This document shows, in pieces, positions 17,015 to 27,515 of a DNA stretch of 64,000 bases. The number at the start of each line of letters is the position of its first letter. Position 1 is the stretch's first letter. This stretch comes from Patescibacteria group bacterium. GTDB taxonomy: Bacteria > Patescibacteriota > Patescibacteriia > Patescibacteriales > UBA12465. The notes beneath the pieces are model-generated. The model searched no databases and was not told the origin of the DNA. It saw only the letters and a list, made by a program, of their open reading frames with translations. The stretch is from NCBI GenBank assembly GCA_041650715.1, contig JBAZKQ010000001.1, forward strand, positions 6,945 through 70,944, in the 5' to 3' direction. A program made the position numbers and the translations under genes.

Positions 17015-18139
17015 ATGGATAATTATTTGTCATTATTTTTATTAGCTGTTCTTGTTATCGGAGTTATCGCCGTAATTATTTTATTATTGCGCCGTAAGGA
17101 GGCGAGTTCTGATCCGAAATTAGATTCTTTGGCCGAGCGCCTGATTCAGCAGTCAGAAAAATTATCGAATCTCTCAACCCAAAATAGCGAACTGCGCCAA
17201 GAGCTTGATAAAAAATTATCAGAAACGCACCGGACTAATCAAGACCAATTTAGCCAGACGACCAGAATTGTGCAAAATATCAGCGCGCAATCGGCTAAAC
17301 TTATTTCCGATGTGACGGAGAAGCTGACCAAGCTTGATGAAACAAATAAACAAGTGGTAAATTTTTCCGCTCAGCTCCAGAATTTACAGGATATTCTTAA
17401 AAATCCGAAGCAGCGCGGTGTGCTCGGTGAATATTTTTTAGAGGAGACCTTAAAAAATGTTTTGCCGCCCGGATCATACGAGATGCAATATAAAATGGGC
17501 AAGAACGAAAAAACCGGCAAGGATTTGATTGTTGACGCTGTCGTTTTTGTAAAAGATAAAGTTATTCCGATTGATGCCAAGTTTTCTTTGGAAAATTATG
17601 AGCGTATTTTAAATGCCACCGATAGCGAATCGCGGGAAAAGTTTGAAGCGATTTTTAAACAGGACCTGAAAAATCGAATTGATGAAACCGCTAAATATGT
17701 TTTGCCGGAAAGAAAAACAATGGAGTTCGCTTTTATGTTTATTCCTTCGGAAGCGATTTATTATGATTTACTTGTGAACAAAGTCGGGGCAGTCAAAGTT
17801 AATACGCGTGATTTAATTGAATACGCTTTCCGGGATAAGAAAGTTATCATCGTTTCTCCGACATCTTTCTTGGCTTATCTGCAAACCGTCCTGCAAGGCC
17901 TTAAGGCGATGCAAATTGAAGAAAAGGCCAAAGAGATACGCGTTAATATTGAAAAACTCGGTAAGCACATGAATAGCTATGACGAGTTTATGAAAAAATT
18001 AGGCTTAAGTATGTCGACGACGGTCAATCATTATAATAATGCTTACGCGGAGTTTAAGAAAATAGATAAGGACGTCACTAAAATTACCGAGGGCGAAAGC
18101 AAAATTGAGCCCCTGAAAATCGATAAACCGAAAACGTAA
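17015..18139 (+). CDS. rmuC: DNA recombination protein RmuC
   Basis: 374 aa. It has an N-terminal TM helix, a coiled-coil, then an RmuC nuclease-like core (DLIVDAVVFVKDKVIPIDAKFSLENY, FMFIPSEAIY). Confidence 0.85.
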   Translation: MDNYLSLFLLAVLVIGVIAVIILLLRRKEASSDPKLDSLAERLIQQSEKLSNLSTQNSELRQELDKKLSETHRTNQDQFSQTTRIVQNISAQSAKLISDVTEKLTKLDETNKQVVNFSAQLQNLQDILKNPKQRGVLGEYFLEETLKNVLPPGSYEMQYKMGKNEKTGKDLIVDAVVFVKDKVIPIDAKFSLENYERILNATDSESREKFEAIFKQDLKNRIDETAKYVLPERKTMEFAFMFIPSEAIYYDLLVNKVGAVKVNTRDLIEYAFRDKKVIIVSPTSFLAYLQTVLQGLKAMQIEEKAKEIRVNIEKLGKHMNSYDEFMKKLGLSMSTTVNHYNNAYAEFKKIDKDVTKITEGESKIEPLKIDKPKT

Positions 18140-18151
18140 AAATAATAAATA

Positions 18152-18185
18152 AAAAAATAGCTCCCGTTTAAGCGGGAGCTTTTTG
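18152..18185. terminator. Bidirectional intrinsic terminator (convergent rmuC / 18224..18766)
   Basis: Stem agctcccg (18159-18166) / cgggagct (18173-18180), flanked by an A-run upstream and a T-run downstream. Confidence 0.7.
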
Positions 18186-18223
18186 AAAATTTGTCGTTTA
18201 TTTGCTAATTAAGACAGAGAACC

Positions 18224-18766
18224 TTAAAAAGTCAGAGCAGAAAGCATTAAAAAAAGTGCGAGGGAGACAAGAGCATGGATAAAAGACATATAGAACAGCC
18301 TTTGTACTTCTTCGGGATCACTCAAAGGGCTGGGTTGTATTTTTTTGTCGCTACCTGCCTCTGTAGTTTCATTTATTTCTTTTTGTTTGTGGTTTATTGT
18401 TGCCACTACAATGTGAGTAATAAACAAAAGAGAAGCGACAAAAAGTACGAAGTTAAAGGCCAAAATGAAATAGAAATCGCGTCCAAGCGAAATCGCGACA
18501 ATCATACCGGCCAAACTTGTGGCGATGGTTGTTCCGAGTACCGGAATCCGTCTATAAGTACCATGTATTTCCGCGGGGACTGAAGTTACGAAAAATTCAG
18601 TCAGGGAGTATAACAGTAACAGGACTGTTATAACAGCAAAGATTTCGGGATCGTAGTTTAGAGTCGGGTTGATCATCGGGGTTATCATTTTGATGATAAA
18701 TAGGCTGATGAGTGCGACTGCGGTGGTACGGATAGCAATTTTCCAGTAATTTGTCATTTTCTCCAT
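18224..18766 (-). CDS. Multi-pass membrane protein, unknown function
   Basis: 180-aa ORF with about 5 hydrophobic segments and no recognisable motif. Confidence 0.55.
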   Translation of the reverse strand: MEKMTNYWKIAIRTTAVALISLFIIKMITPMINPTLNYDPEIFAVITVLLLLYSLTEFFVTSVPAEIHGTYRRIPVLGTTIATSLAGMIVAISLGRDFYFILAFNFVLFVASLLFITHIVVATINHKQKEINETTEAGSDKKIQPSPLSDPEEVQRLFYMSFIHALVSLALFLMLSALTF

Positions 18767-18910
18767 TTTTGTGGTTTTTTTTGTGGGTTAATGGTTAATT
18801 TATCTGTGTATAATTGAATTATTTAAATGAACTGTTTCCTGAAATTCTATAACAAAACAAGATGTTTGTCAAGGCTGTGATTAAAGCGTCTAGTATATTA
18901 TACTTAAGAT

Positions 18911-19792
18911 ATGGAGGACAAAACTAACATAAAAAAAGAACTCAAAAAAATCATCGTTTTTTTCGATCTTTTTGCTTATCCCTTAAGTGCTTTTGAGCTT
19001 TGGCAGTATAGTGCTAAAAAGTTTACTCTGGCAGAAGTTATAAAAGTATTGGACGAATCGACCGGAGATATTGCTCAAAAAAACGGTTTTTATTTTTTGC
19101 CCGGGCGCGCGGAAATAGTTGAGACGCGGGCCCGACGTTATAATTATTCGAACCGCAAATATAAAAGCGCTGAGCGTTTTATTAGAGTCTTTAAATACCT
19201 ACCTTTTATTAAGGCTATTGCGCTTGCCAATTCTATCGGCGCCCATAATTTACGTGACGGTAGCGATATCGACTTTTTTGTGATTAGCGCGCCGCACCGA
19301 ATTTGGCTGACGCGTTTTATTCTGGCGAGTGCCGCTAAATTTCTGCATCGCCGTCCGACGGCCATAAATAAACGCGATAAAATTTGCCTGAGCTTTTATG
19401 TCACGACTGAAAGTTTAAATTTAGATAGCTTGCAGTTGCCGGAAAATGATCCCTACTTTTTTTACTGGCTTCGAACTTTAGTTTTGTTGTATAATAAAGA
19501 TAAGACCTATGAAAAATTTTTGGCGCTTAATCAGATAGACGAAACTGAGTCTGAGTTTTTTGCCGAGACGGAAAATGCGGCCGGTAAAAGCAGATTGCTC
19601 GACTATCTGGAAACAATTGTTAAGAAAATTCAACTTAAAATTATGTCGCCGGCCTTAAAGGCAGCGATGAATAATTCGACCGGGGTGCTTGTGAGCGATA
19701 AAGTGCTGAAACTTTATCTGATCGACAATCGCGCGGCGTATGCGGAAAAATATGGAAACAAGATTAGGGAAATTTTTGGGGAAGGCAATTGA
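18911..19792 (+). CDS. Hypothetical protein with a nucleotidyltransferase-fold-like motif
   Basis: 293 aa. The central SIGAHNLRDGSDIDFFVIS resembles the G-S-x-D-x-D pol-beta-type NTase signature. Its 3' end overlaps the next gene. Confidence 0.55.
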   Translation: MEDKTNIKKELKKIIVFFDLFAYPLSAFELWQYSAKKFTLAEVIKVLDESTGDIAQKNGFYFLPGRAEIVETRARRYNYSNRKYKSAERFIRVFKYLPFIKAIALANSIGAHNLRDGSDIDFFVISAPHRIWLTRFILASAAKFLHRRPTAINKRDKICLSFYVTTESLNLDSLQLPENDPYFFYWLRTLVLLYNKDKTYEKFLALNQIDETESEFFAETENAAGKSRLLDYLETIVKKIQLKIMSPALKAAMNNSTGVLVSDKVLKLYLIDNRAAYAEKYGNKIREIFGEGN

Positions 19793-21053
19793 GTACTTGA
19801 GCTATCTTTTTGTTTTTACTTTACCCTGGCAGCTAAAACTTATTTTTCGTCCCGGCGAAACTAATTATACGGAGATTAGTTTTTATTTTAGCCATGGTCT
19901 TTTGCTTTTGATTCTATTTCTTTTTTTGTGGCGCCGGCTTAAGGACACGGAAAAAGAAAATGAGTCGCCGGCCATTATTTATTCTTTGGCCGCTCTCGAG
20001 TTCTTTGTTTTTATTTCAATTTTCTTCGCTTCAGACCAAGTTCTGGCCGCCTATCGTTATTTTATTTTTTTGGCGGCTTTAAGTTTATTTTTTATTATTC
20101 GTTTCGGAACGGCCCCGCGTAATTATAAAGATCCGATAATAAATAAAATTGGCCTTATATATAGTTTTTTGGCCGCCGCTCTTGCGCAAGCTATACTCGG
20201 TATATATCAGTTTTTAACCCAGACGAGCTTTGCTTTCAAGTATTTGGGTATGGCCGCACACAATCCCAGCACTTTAGGAACAGCCGTTATTGAAACCGCT
20301 AATGGCCGTTGGCTCCGTGCCTATGGCGGATTGGATCACCCTAATATTCTTGGCGGCTTTCTCGCTATCGCCTTAATTTTAGCCGCTTATTTGCTGGCTA
20401 AGAAAAAGATGCTTAATACCCGGCGCCAAGTCTGGTCTTCTATTTTTCTTTTTATATTTTATTTTATCACCCTTTACGCTTTATTTTTTACTTTTTCGCG
20501 CAGCGCCTGGTTGGCTCTCGCCGCCGGTTTTCTCGCTCTCCTAATCGCCTTGATTGTAAATAAGGATAAATGGATATTGGGCCGATTCATTGCTCTAATC
20601 TTTTTTTCCGCCGCGCTTATCGGTATTGCAGCCGCTCCTTTTCAGGAATTATTAATGGTCAGAATCGATGCGACGACGCGCTTGGAACAAAAATCAATCA
20701 CGGAAAGAACAAGTTATATTTTTCAAGCCAGAGACTTATTGCAAAAAAACTTTTTAACGGGGGTCGGAATCGGCAATTATAGTACGGCCGTCGCCGTCGC
20801 GGATCAAAACAAAGAACCGGCGTGGGAGTACCAGCCGGTGCATAATGTTTTTCTTTTGCTGTGGGCAGAGGGCGGGCTATTTTCTTTTTTATCTTTTTTA
20901 ATTTTTCTTTTTTTCTTAATAAAAAACGGCCGCCGTGAAATTTACGCTTTCGCTATCTTGGCGCCGCTTTTAATCCTGATGCTGCTTGATCATTGGCTTT
21001 TCAGTTTGCCCTTCGGTATTTTATTTTTCTTCCTGCTGTTGGGCTTGATATGA
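19740..21053 (+). CDS. O-antigen ligase/Wzy_C-family polytopic membrane protein
   Basis: 437 aa with at least 10 TM segments. It has the Wzy_C-type loop FTFSRSAWLALAAGF ... PVHNVFLLLWAEGGLFSF. The start could be the ATG at 19740 or 19752, and it overlaps the upstream gene by 41-53 nt. Confidence 0.8.
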   Translation: MRKNMETRLGKFLGKAIEYLSYLFVFTLPWQLKLIFRPGETNYTEISFYFSHGLLLLILFLFLWRRLKDTEKENESPAIIYSLAALEFFVFISIFFASDQVLAAYRYFIFLAALSLFFIIRFGTAPRNYKDPIINKIGLIYSFLAAALAQAILGIYQFLTQTSFAFKYLGMAAHNPSTLGTAVIETANGRWLRAYGGLDHPNILGGFLAIALILAAYLLAKKKMLNTRRQVWSSIFLFIFYFITLYALFFTFSRSAWLALAAGFLALLIALIVNKDKWILGRFIALIFFSAALIGIAAAPFQELLMVRIDATTRLEQKSITERTSYIFQARDLLQKNFLTGVGIGNYSTAVAVADQNKEPAWEYQPVHNVFLLLWAEGGLFSFLSFLIFLFFLIKNGRREIYAFAILAPLLILMLLDHWLFSLPFGILFFFLLLGLI

Positions 21054-21283
21054 TAATTTTTTTGCAGTAACATCAAATCCGTTTCCAGATTTTTTAATAT
21101 TTTGTCTAAGATAGCGGCGTCGGGGCGGCTATCTTTTTTTATTTGTTCTTTAATTAAGCTTAAGACAGCTGCGGCTGTGCCAAAGTAGTCGTTGCTCGCC
21201 ACGTGAAACTTTACGCTGGCTTCATCTTTAAGCAGCCAGACGGGAGGATTTATTTTATATTTTTTTTGCCGGGGAATACGCAT
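20990..21283 (-). CDS. Hypothetical small basic protein downstream of radC (uncertain)
   Basis: Start trimmed to the ATG at 21283 (MRIPRQKKYKINPPVWLL...), 19 nt after the radC stop, giving 97 aa. The 3' end overlaps the convergent Wzy_C gene by 64 nt. There is no homology signal. Confidence 0.35.
   Translation of the reverse strand: MRIPRQKKYKINPPVWLLKDEASVKFHVASNDYFGTAAAVLSLIKEQIKKDSRPDAAILDKILKNLETDLMLLQKNYHIKPNSRKKNKIPKGKLKSQ
21108..21140 (+). terminator. Possible intrinsic terminator after the Wzy_C gene
   Basis: Stem aagatagc (21108-21115) / gctatctt (21128-21135), a GC-rich 12-nt loop, then a T-run. It lies inside the minus-strand small ORF. Confidence 0.4.
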
Positions 21284-21302
21284 GGTGAAATAGAAAATTA
21301 GA

Positions 21303-22019
21303 CTAGATAATACTGGCGAATTTATTTTTGCCGATAATAAGATGATCAAGGACTTCAATATCTAAAATCTGACCGGCGGCGATTAATTTATTAGTGATAT
21401 CGACATCCGCTTTCGAGGCCTTAAGAACACCGGAGGGATGGTTGTGCGCGATGATTAAAGCCGCGGCCGAGTATTCCAGGGCGGGCCGAAAAACTTCACG
21501 GGCCTGAACCAAGGAGGCGTCTAAAGTTCCGATTGAAATAACTTCATCATGGATTAATTGATAGTGAGCGTTTAAGTAAAGGCCGCGGAACTGCTCTTTA
21601 TTGAGATGGCCCATGTCTTTTAAGTAATTATAAGCTTGACTGGCCGTTCGTATCGTTATCGAACCGCCCGGTTTTTTCTGGTAAAAGCGGCGTCCCAATT
21701 CAAAGCAGGCAACTATCTGGCAAGCTTTGACTAAAGGAATTTTTAAATCTTTTTCAATCAAGGCCGGATCTTTTTGGTAAGCGATCCCTTTTTCGCCGTA
21801 TTCGCGCATCAGGCGGCTAGCCATGGAAAAGACCTCTTCTTTCTTGGTACCGACGCCAAGAACTATCGCGAGTAATTCGGTGGCGCTCAGCGCACCGGCG
21901 CCGTTTTGGATTAATTTTTCACGCGGTTTCTCTTCATCCGGCAAATCGCGTACGGCGAGGATTTTATACTGTTTACCGTGATTTAAAACGAAATTATGGT
22001 CGCTGATTTTATAAGACAT
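21303..22019 (-). CDS. radC: RadC-family JAB-domain protein
   Basis: 238 aa with an HhH-like ATELLAIVLGVG and the JAMM motif AAALIIAHNHPSG. Confidence 0.88.
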   Translation of the reverse strand: MSYKISDHNFVLNHGKQYKILAVRDLPDEEKPREKLIQNGAGALSATELLAIVLGVGTKKEEVFSMASRLMREYGEKGIAYQKDPALIEKDLKIPLVKACQIVACFELGRRFYQKKPGGSITIRTASQAYNYLKDMGHLNKEQFRGLYLNAHYQLIHDEVISIGTLDASLVQAREVFRPALEYSAAALIIAHNHPSGVLKASKADVDITNKLIAAGQILDIEVLDHLIIGKNKFASII

Positions 22020-22143
22020 ATTAATGCGTATTAATTAAAAGGGGAGAAATGACCCCGTCCTTTAAATTATAGCAAAAATATGCTAAATTTAGAACATCTT
22101 AAGTCTATTGAAATATAATCAAGACGCTAAAAATAAGAAATAT

Positions 22144-23409
22144 ATGAATAATTATAAAAAGGCAATTTTGTCAAATAAAGTACCCCTCTACACTATTCCC
22201 ATCAAAGGGGCGAAAACTGCGACCGCCCTCGTTTTATTTAAAACCGGGTCTAAATATGAAAACCGAGATAATAGTGGAATTTCGCATTTTCTGGAGCATC
22301 TTTTTTTTAAGGGTACGAAAAGGCGGCCCAATACCTTAACTCTGGCCAGCGAAATGGATTCTTTGGGGGGAGAATATAACGCTTTTACCTCCAAAGAATA
22401 TACCGGCTATTGGTTTAAAGTGGCGAATAATAAATTAGCCAAGGCCTTGGACATCATGGGCGATATGATGTTCGGATCATTGTTTGATCCGGCGGAAATT
22501 GAAAGAGAAAAGGGTGTGATAATTGAAGAATTAAATATGTACGAGGATAACCCGCGCATGCATATCGATGATGTGTTTGAGGCATGTCTCTATGGAGATA
22601 CGCCGGCGGGACGTGAAACTATTGGCACAAAAAAGAATATATTGAGTTTCAAGCGCGAGGATTTATTGAATTACTTAGAGACGCAATACGGCACAAAAAG
22701 TGTATATATTGTCATCGCCGGCGCCGTTCAGCCGAGCGATAAAAAAATTGTGGAAAAAATATTTAATAAGTTTAGCGCTAACAAGAAAATTGATAAAGTG
22801 GCAGTTAAGGAAGCACAAAAAAAACCGCAACTATTAATTTCACCGAAGAAAATTGATCAATCGGTCTTGTCTTTAGGGGTTAGAACTTATGCAATCGACC
22901 ATCCGGAGGAGTTTAAATTAAAATTAATCTCTATTATTCTGGGCGGCTCAATGAGCTCACGTTTGTTTATTAATCTGCGCGAACGCAATGGACTCGCTTA
23001 TTATGTCCATACGGAAACGGAGTTTTACTCAGATTCTGGCTATTTAACGACCGAGGCGGGCGTCCCGAAGGCTAAAGTCGAGCAGGCGATAAAAATTATT
23101 TTGGCAGAATATAAAATAATTACCGAGGAAATGGTGTCGGTCAAAGAATTAAAAAGAGCGAAAGATATATTAGAGGGACGCGTTTTATTGCAAATGGAAT
23201 CGTCTGATAATTTAGCTAATTGGTATGCGCGCCAGGCAATGTATCGTCGTAAAATTATGACGCCGGGTGAACTTATTAAAATAATTAAAAAAATAACGGC
23301 CACCGAGATTCGCGAGAGTGCGCGTAAAATATTTGTTGAGAAAAACCTTAACCTGGCCTTAATCGGGCAGGCGCGGGCGGACAAAATTAAACCGATATTA
23401 AAATTTTAG
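22144..23409 (+). CDS. M16 (pitrilysin/insulinase) family zinc peptidase
   Basis: It carries the HxxEH zinc motif GISHFLEHLFFKGT and a downstream EE (IIEELNMYED). The start is placed at the ATG at 22144 because a TATAAT at 22114-22119 lies inside the track's TTG-extended ORF. Confidence 0.85.
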   Translation: MNNYKKAILSNKVPLYTIPIKGAKTATALVLFKTGSKYENRDNSGISHFLEHLFFKGTKRRPNTLTLASEMDSLGGEYNAFTSKEYTGYWFKVANNKLAKALDIMGDMMFGSLFDPAEIEREKGVIIEELNMYEDNPRMHIDDVFEACLYGDTPAGRETIGTKKNILSFKREDLLNYLETQYGTKSVYIVIAGAVQPSDKKIVEKIFNKFSANKKIDKVAVKEAQKKPQLLISPKKIDQSVLSLGVRTYAIDHPEEFKLKLISIILGGSMSSRLFINLRERNGLAYYVHTETEFYSDSGYLTTEAGVPKAKVEQAIKIILAEYKIITEEMVSVKELKRAKDILEGRVLLQMESSDNLANWYARQAMYRRKIMTPGELIKIIKKITATEIRESARKIFVEKNLNLALIGQARADKIKPILKF

Positions 23410-23427
23410 TATTAGATCTCTAAATTC

Positions 23428-26400
23428 ATGTCGGAATTACTACAAAAATTAAATTCTGTTCAAAAACAAGCCGTCAGGCATGATGAGGGTCCGCTTCTTC
23501 TTGTGGCCGGCGCCGGGACTGGTAAGACCACGGTTTTAATTAATCGCTTGGCCTATTTAATCATGGAAAAGAAAGTGCCGACCGAAGAAATTCTCCTGCT
23601 TACTTTTACCGAGAAGGCGGCCGGAGAAATGGAAGAGCGGGCTGACAAAATATTGCCCTATGGTTATGTTGATCTTTGGATTAATACTTTCCATAGTTTC
23701 GGCGAGCGTCTACTCCGCGAGCATGCGCTTGATATTGGCCTGGGAGCCAGTTTCAAACTTCTCACGGAAACCGACCAGTGGGTACTTATCAAGAAAAATC
23801 TGGCTTTGTTCCCCTTGGATTATTATAAACCGCTCGGCAATCCGACTAAATTTATTTCTGAGTTAATCCGGCATTTTTCCCGTCTCAAAGATGAGAATAT
23901 TAGTCCCGCCGAATACTTGAAATATGCCGAAGAGCTCGAGGCTAATCAGGACAATAAATTAAGCGGGTTAGCGGGCGGAAAAAAGCCGGCGCGGACAAAA
24001 GTGAAAGTCAAACCTGACGAAGGTGATGAATTAGAAATTAGCCGCCTTAAAGAATTGGCGAATGCTTATCATATCTATAATCAGCTTTTGCTTGATAATA
24101 ATTATTTAGATTTTGGCGATTTAATTGTTTATACACTTAAGTTATTCCGGGAGCGGCCGAATATTTTAAAATATTACCGGCAGAAATTCCGTTACATAAT
24201 GGTGGACGAATTTCAAGATACGAATTGGGCCCAATACGAATTGGTAAAAATGCTGGCGGCGCCGAAAAATAATTTGGTGGTTGTGGGCGACGACGACCAG
24301 GCGATTTATAAATTCCGGGGCGCGTCGATTTCCAATATCATGCAATTCAAAGATGATTTTAAGGGGGCGACCGAGCTGGTTTTAACCGAGAATTACCGTT
24401 CGCGCCAAGAGATTCTTGACTGCGCTTATAGATTTATTCAAAACAATAATCCCAATCGTCTTGAAGAAAAATTAAAAATCAATAAACGACTGCGTGCCTT
24501 GGGAGAGGTCGCTCAGAAAGACTATCCGGAAAAGGCCGTGCATTTTTTTAATTTTGACACCGCGGCCGATGAAGCTGCCTATGTCGCGCAAAAGATGATG
24601 GCTCTTTATGAATCGGGGCAAGAAGCCGGCGACGAAGTAAAGTGGTCCGACTTTGCGATTTTGGTGCGGGCGAACGACACCGCGAGTGCATATGTTAAAG
24701 AACTGACCCGTTATAACATTCCGAATCAATTTATGTCTTGGCGCGGCCTTTATTATAAACCCCTTATTTTAGATGTTTTGGCTTATCTGCGTCTTTTAGA
24801 TAATTACCATGAATCGGCCGCTCTGTTTCGTGTTTTAAACATGAATATTTTTAAAGTGTCGCATCTTGATCTCGTAACCATCAATAAGATGGCGGCTCGC
24901 AAAGTCTGGTCCTTATATGAAGCTTTGAAAAACGTCGGGGCAATTCCGGGCGTTAGTGCCGAGAGTCAAAAAAATATCGCAAAACTGCTTAGCCTAATCG
25001 CGAAACACTCGCTTTTAGTCGCCAGCCAGAAGCCGACTAAAATTTTCCTGAACTTCGCCTATGATTCGGGATTACTATCCGATCTTGATCGGGATCGTGA
25101 CCTGGAATTATACTCCTATTTGAATCAGCTTTATCAGAAAATGAAACGCCTGGAAGAAAGCGAAGCGGATTTAAGGCTTAAAGATTTTTTAATGGCTATA
25201 AATTTAGAATTAGAGGCGGGAGAAACCGGTGCCTTAAAGCTTGATTTTGCGGATAACGAGACGGTTAAAATTATGACGGTTCATGGCGCCAAGGGTTTGG
25301 AATTTAAATACGTTTTTATTGTAAATTTGGTTGATAAAAAATTTCCCACGATTGCGCGCGGTGAAAAGATTTCTTTACCGGACGCTCTCGTTAGAGAAAA
25401 AATTGTGACGAGCCCCGATATTCATCTGGAAGAAGAGAGGCGCCTTTTTTATGTCGCTGCCACCCGTGCTAAAGAGGCCCTGTATCTGACCGGCGCTAAA
25501 GATTACGGTGGCGTGCGCGAGAAGAAAGCTTCGCGTTTTATCGCTGAAATGGGCGTGGACAATGAAATTGTGCCGGAATTAAAATTGTCTCAAAAAAATG
25601 AGTTTTTGCGTGATTTGCATTATCAGAATGCGCGAGAGCTTAAGACGGAAAACGAAAAAATGGCCGCCGAAAAATATCCTTTGCCGGAAAAATTCTCCTT
25701 TTCGCAATTGGCCGCTTTTTCGACTTGCCCCCTGCAATATAAATTCGCCTTTGTTTTAAAAATTCCCGCCTCGACCGATAAGGCCAGTCTGATATTCGGA
25801 CGCGTGCTGCATAATACTTTATATAATTTTCTTTTACCGGTTTTAAGCGAACGGCAAAAAATGCAGGGAGACTTATTCCCCGATTTGCTGGTTGCCCGCG
25901 AAAAAAGCGCGGCTGAATTTATTAATAAGGCCCGTTTGCGCGACTTGTATGAAGAATTTTGGCAGGCGGACGGTTATAATAGCAAACAAGAAAGAGAAGA
26001 TTATAAAAAGAAAGGGCTCGAGGCTATTAATAAATTTTGGGAAGACTACAGCACTAATCCGGCGCGCGAAATTTTATTTTTGGAAAAAAGATTTTCTTTT
26101 AAAATTGCCGGTGAAGTTATTAAGGGAGCGATTGACCGTATTGATAAGCAAGCGGACGGTAGCTTGGAAATTATCGACTATAAAACCGGAAAAACAAAAA
26201 CAAAATTAGATTATTCGGAAAAGCGTCAATTAATCCTCTACCAAATATTTATTGAAGAATTCATGGGTGCAAAAATTAGTGCGCTTAGTTATTATTATTT
26301 GGAAAGCGGGGAGAAGTTTACGTTCACGGCGACAGCCAAAGATATTACGCGCCTGCGCTTAGAAGTGGCGGCGGAAATTGCGGCCATCAAGAAGCGTGAT

Positions 26401-26472
26401 TTTACGCCGAAACCGTCACCGATGTGCGGGTTTTGCGATTTTAATTCTATTTGCGAATTTCGCCAAGTTTAA
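23428..26472 (+). CDS. UvrD/PcrA-type helicase fused to a C-terminal PD-(D/E)XK (Cas4/AddB-like, Cys-cluster) nuclease
   Basis: 1014 aa. The helicase motifs are [49 protein letters not shown] and LFYVAATRA. The C-terminal part has FSTCP...GAIDRID...EIIDYKTGK...LILYQ...[10 protein letters not shown]. Confidence 0.85.
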   Translation: MSELLQKLNSVQKQAVRHDEGPLLLVAGAGTGKTTVLINRLAYLIMEKKVPTEEILLLTFTEKAAGEMEERADKILPYGYVDLWINTFHSFGERLLREHALDIGLGASFKLLTETDQWVLIKKNLALFPLDYYKPLGNPTKFISELIRHFSRLKDENISPAEYLKYAEELEANQDNKLSGLAGGKKPARTKVKVKPDEGDELEISRLKELANAYHIYNQLLLDNNYLDFGDLIVYTLKLFRERPNILKYYRQKFRYIMVDEFQDTNWAQYELVKMLAAPKNNLVVVGDDDQAIYKFRGASISNIMQFKDDFKGATELVLTENYRSRQEILDCAYRFIQNNNPNRLEEKLKINKRLRALGEVAQKDYPEKAVHFFNFDTAADEAAYVAQKMMALYESGQEAGDEVKWSDFAILVRANDTASAYVKELTRYNIPNQFMSWRGLYYKPLILDVLAYLRLLDNYHESAALFRVLNMNIFKVSHLDLVTINKMAARKVWSLYEALKNVGAIPGVSAESQKNIAKLLSLIAKHSLLVASQKPTKIFLNFAYDSGLLSDLDRDRDLELYSYLNQLYQKMKRLEESEADLRLKDFLMAINLELEAGETGALKLDFADNETVKIMTVHGAKGLEFKYVFIVNLVDKKFPTIARGEKISLPDALVREKIVTSPDIHLEEERRLFYVAATRAKEALYLTGAKDYGGVREKKASRFIAEMGVDNEIVPELKLSQKNEFLRDLHYQNARELKTENEKMAAEKYPLPEKFSFSQLAAFSTCPLQYKFAFVLKIPASTDKASLIFGRVLHNTLYNFLLPVLSERQKMQGDLFPDLLVAREKSAAEFINKARLRDLYEEFWQADGYNSKQEREDYKKKGLEAINKFWEDYSTNPAREILFLEKRFSFKIAGEVIKGAIDRIDKQADGSLEIIDYKTGKTKTKLDYSEKRQLILYQIFIEEFMGAKISALSYYYLESGEKFTFTATAKDITRLRLEVAAEIAAIKKRDFTPKPSPMCGFCDFNSICEFRQV

Positions 26473-26483
26473 TTTATAAATAT

Positions 26484-27503
26484 ATGGAAACCAGCGACAG
26501 ATTAATTAGTCCGATGGAGCGCAGTGGCGACGAAGCGCTTGATTTAAGCTTGCGCCCGAAAACCTTAGCGGAGTATATCGGACAGGAAAAAATTAAGGCT
26601 AATTTGGCGATTACGATTGCGGCCGCGAAAAAACGCGGCGAACCGATTGAGCATGTTTTGCTTTATGGCGCCCCGGGGCTTGGTAAGACGACTTTAGCAC
26701 ATGTTATTGCTAACGAGGCGGGAGCGAATATCCGAATCACCTCCGGGCCGGCGATTGAAAAAAGCGGTGACCTGGCGGCGATTCTAACTAACCTTGAAGC
26801 CGGTGATATTCTTTTTATCGATGAAATCCATCGTCTTCATAAAACGATTGAAGAAATTTTATATCCGGCCATGGAAGATTTTGCCCTTGATATCATTATG
26901 GGCAAAGGGCCGAGTGCCCGCACTTTACGACTTGATTTGCCGAAGTTCACGATTATCGGGGCGACAACTTTAGCGAGCCTATTATCCGCACCGCTGCGCG
27001 ATCGTTTTGGAATTACTCATCATTTAAATTTCTACGAAAAAACGGATATTGAAAAAATTATTAAACGCAGTGCCCGTATTTTGGGAGTGGAAATCGCCGA
27101 CGATGCCAAAGAGGCGATTGCCGCGCGCAGCCGGCGGACGCCGCGGATTGCCAACCGTTTATTGAAGAGGGTGCGCGATTATTGCGATGTAAAGGGCGAC
27201 GGGAAAATTACTTTAAGCGATTGTCTTGAGGCTTTTACCATGTTGGAAGTTGATGAATTAGGTTTAGATTTAATCGATCGCCGTATTTTAGAAACTATCG
27301 CCCATAAATTTAAAGGCGGTCCGGTTGGCTTAAATACTCTAGCCGCAGCCACCGGGGAAGAAATGGATACGATTGAAAATATGTATGAGCCATATCTTAT
27401 GCAACTTGGGTTTTTAGACCGCTCGCCGCGCGGGCGCATCATAACTCATCTCGGCTATGAGCATTTGGGGATGAAAGCCCCGGGGATGGACAAACTAGTA
27501 TAG
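26484..27503 (+). CDS. ruvB: Holliday junction branch migration helicase RuvB
   Basis: [30 protein letters not shown] and [15 protein letters not shown] are present. The start is moved to the ATG at 26484, because the track's TTG start lies inside the previous gene. Confidence 0.93.
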   Translation: METSDRLISPMERSGDEALDLSLRPKTLAEYIGQEKIKANLAITIAAAKKRGEPIEHVLLYGAPGLGKTTLAHVIANEAGANIRITSGPAIEKSGDLAAILTNLEAGDILFIDEIHRLHKTIEEILYPAMEDFALDIIMGKGPSARTLRLDLPKFTIIGATTLASLLSAPLRDRFGITHHLNFYEKTDIEKIIKRSARILGVEIADDAKEAIAARSRRTPRIANRLLKRVRDYCDVKGDGKITLSDCLEAFTMLEVDELGLDLIDRRILETIAHKFKGGPVGLNTLAAATGEEMDTIENMYEPYLMQLGFLDRSPRGRIITHLGYEHLGMKAPGMDKLV

Positions 27504-27515
27504 TTGTTTATAGCT

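Noticed and set aside
18224-18766. Apparent low-CpG composition of the minus-strand membrane-protein gene as evidence of horizontal transfer.
   Set aside because: When I wrote out the codons, usage was mixed (CCG, CCC, GCG and CGC are present) and not clearly different from the neighbours. Unlike gene 11192..12106, the signal did not hold up.
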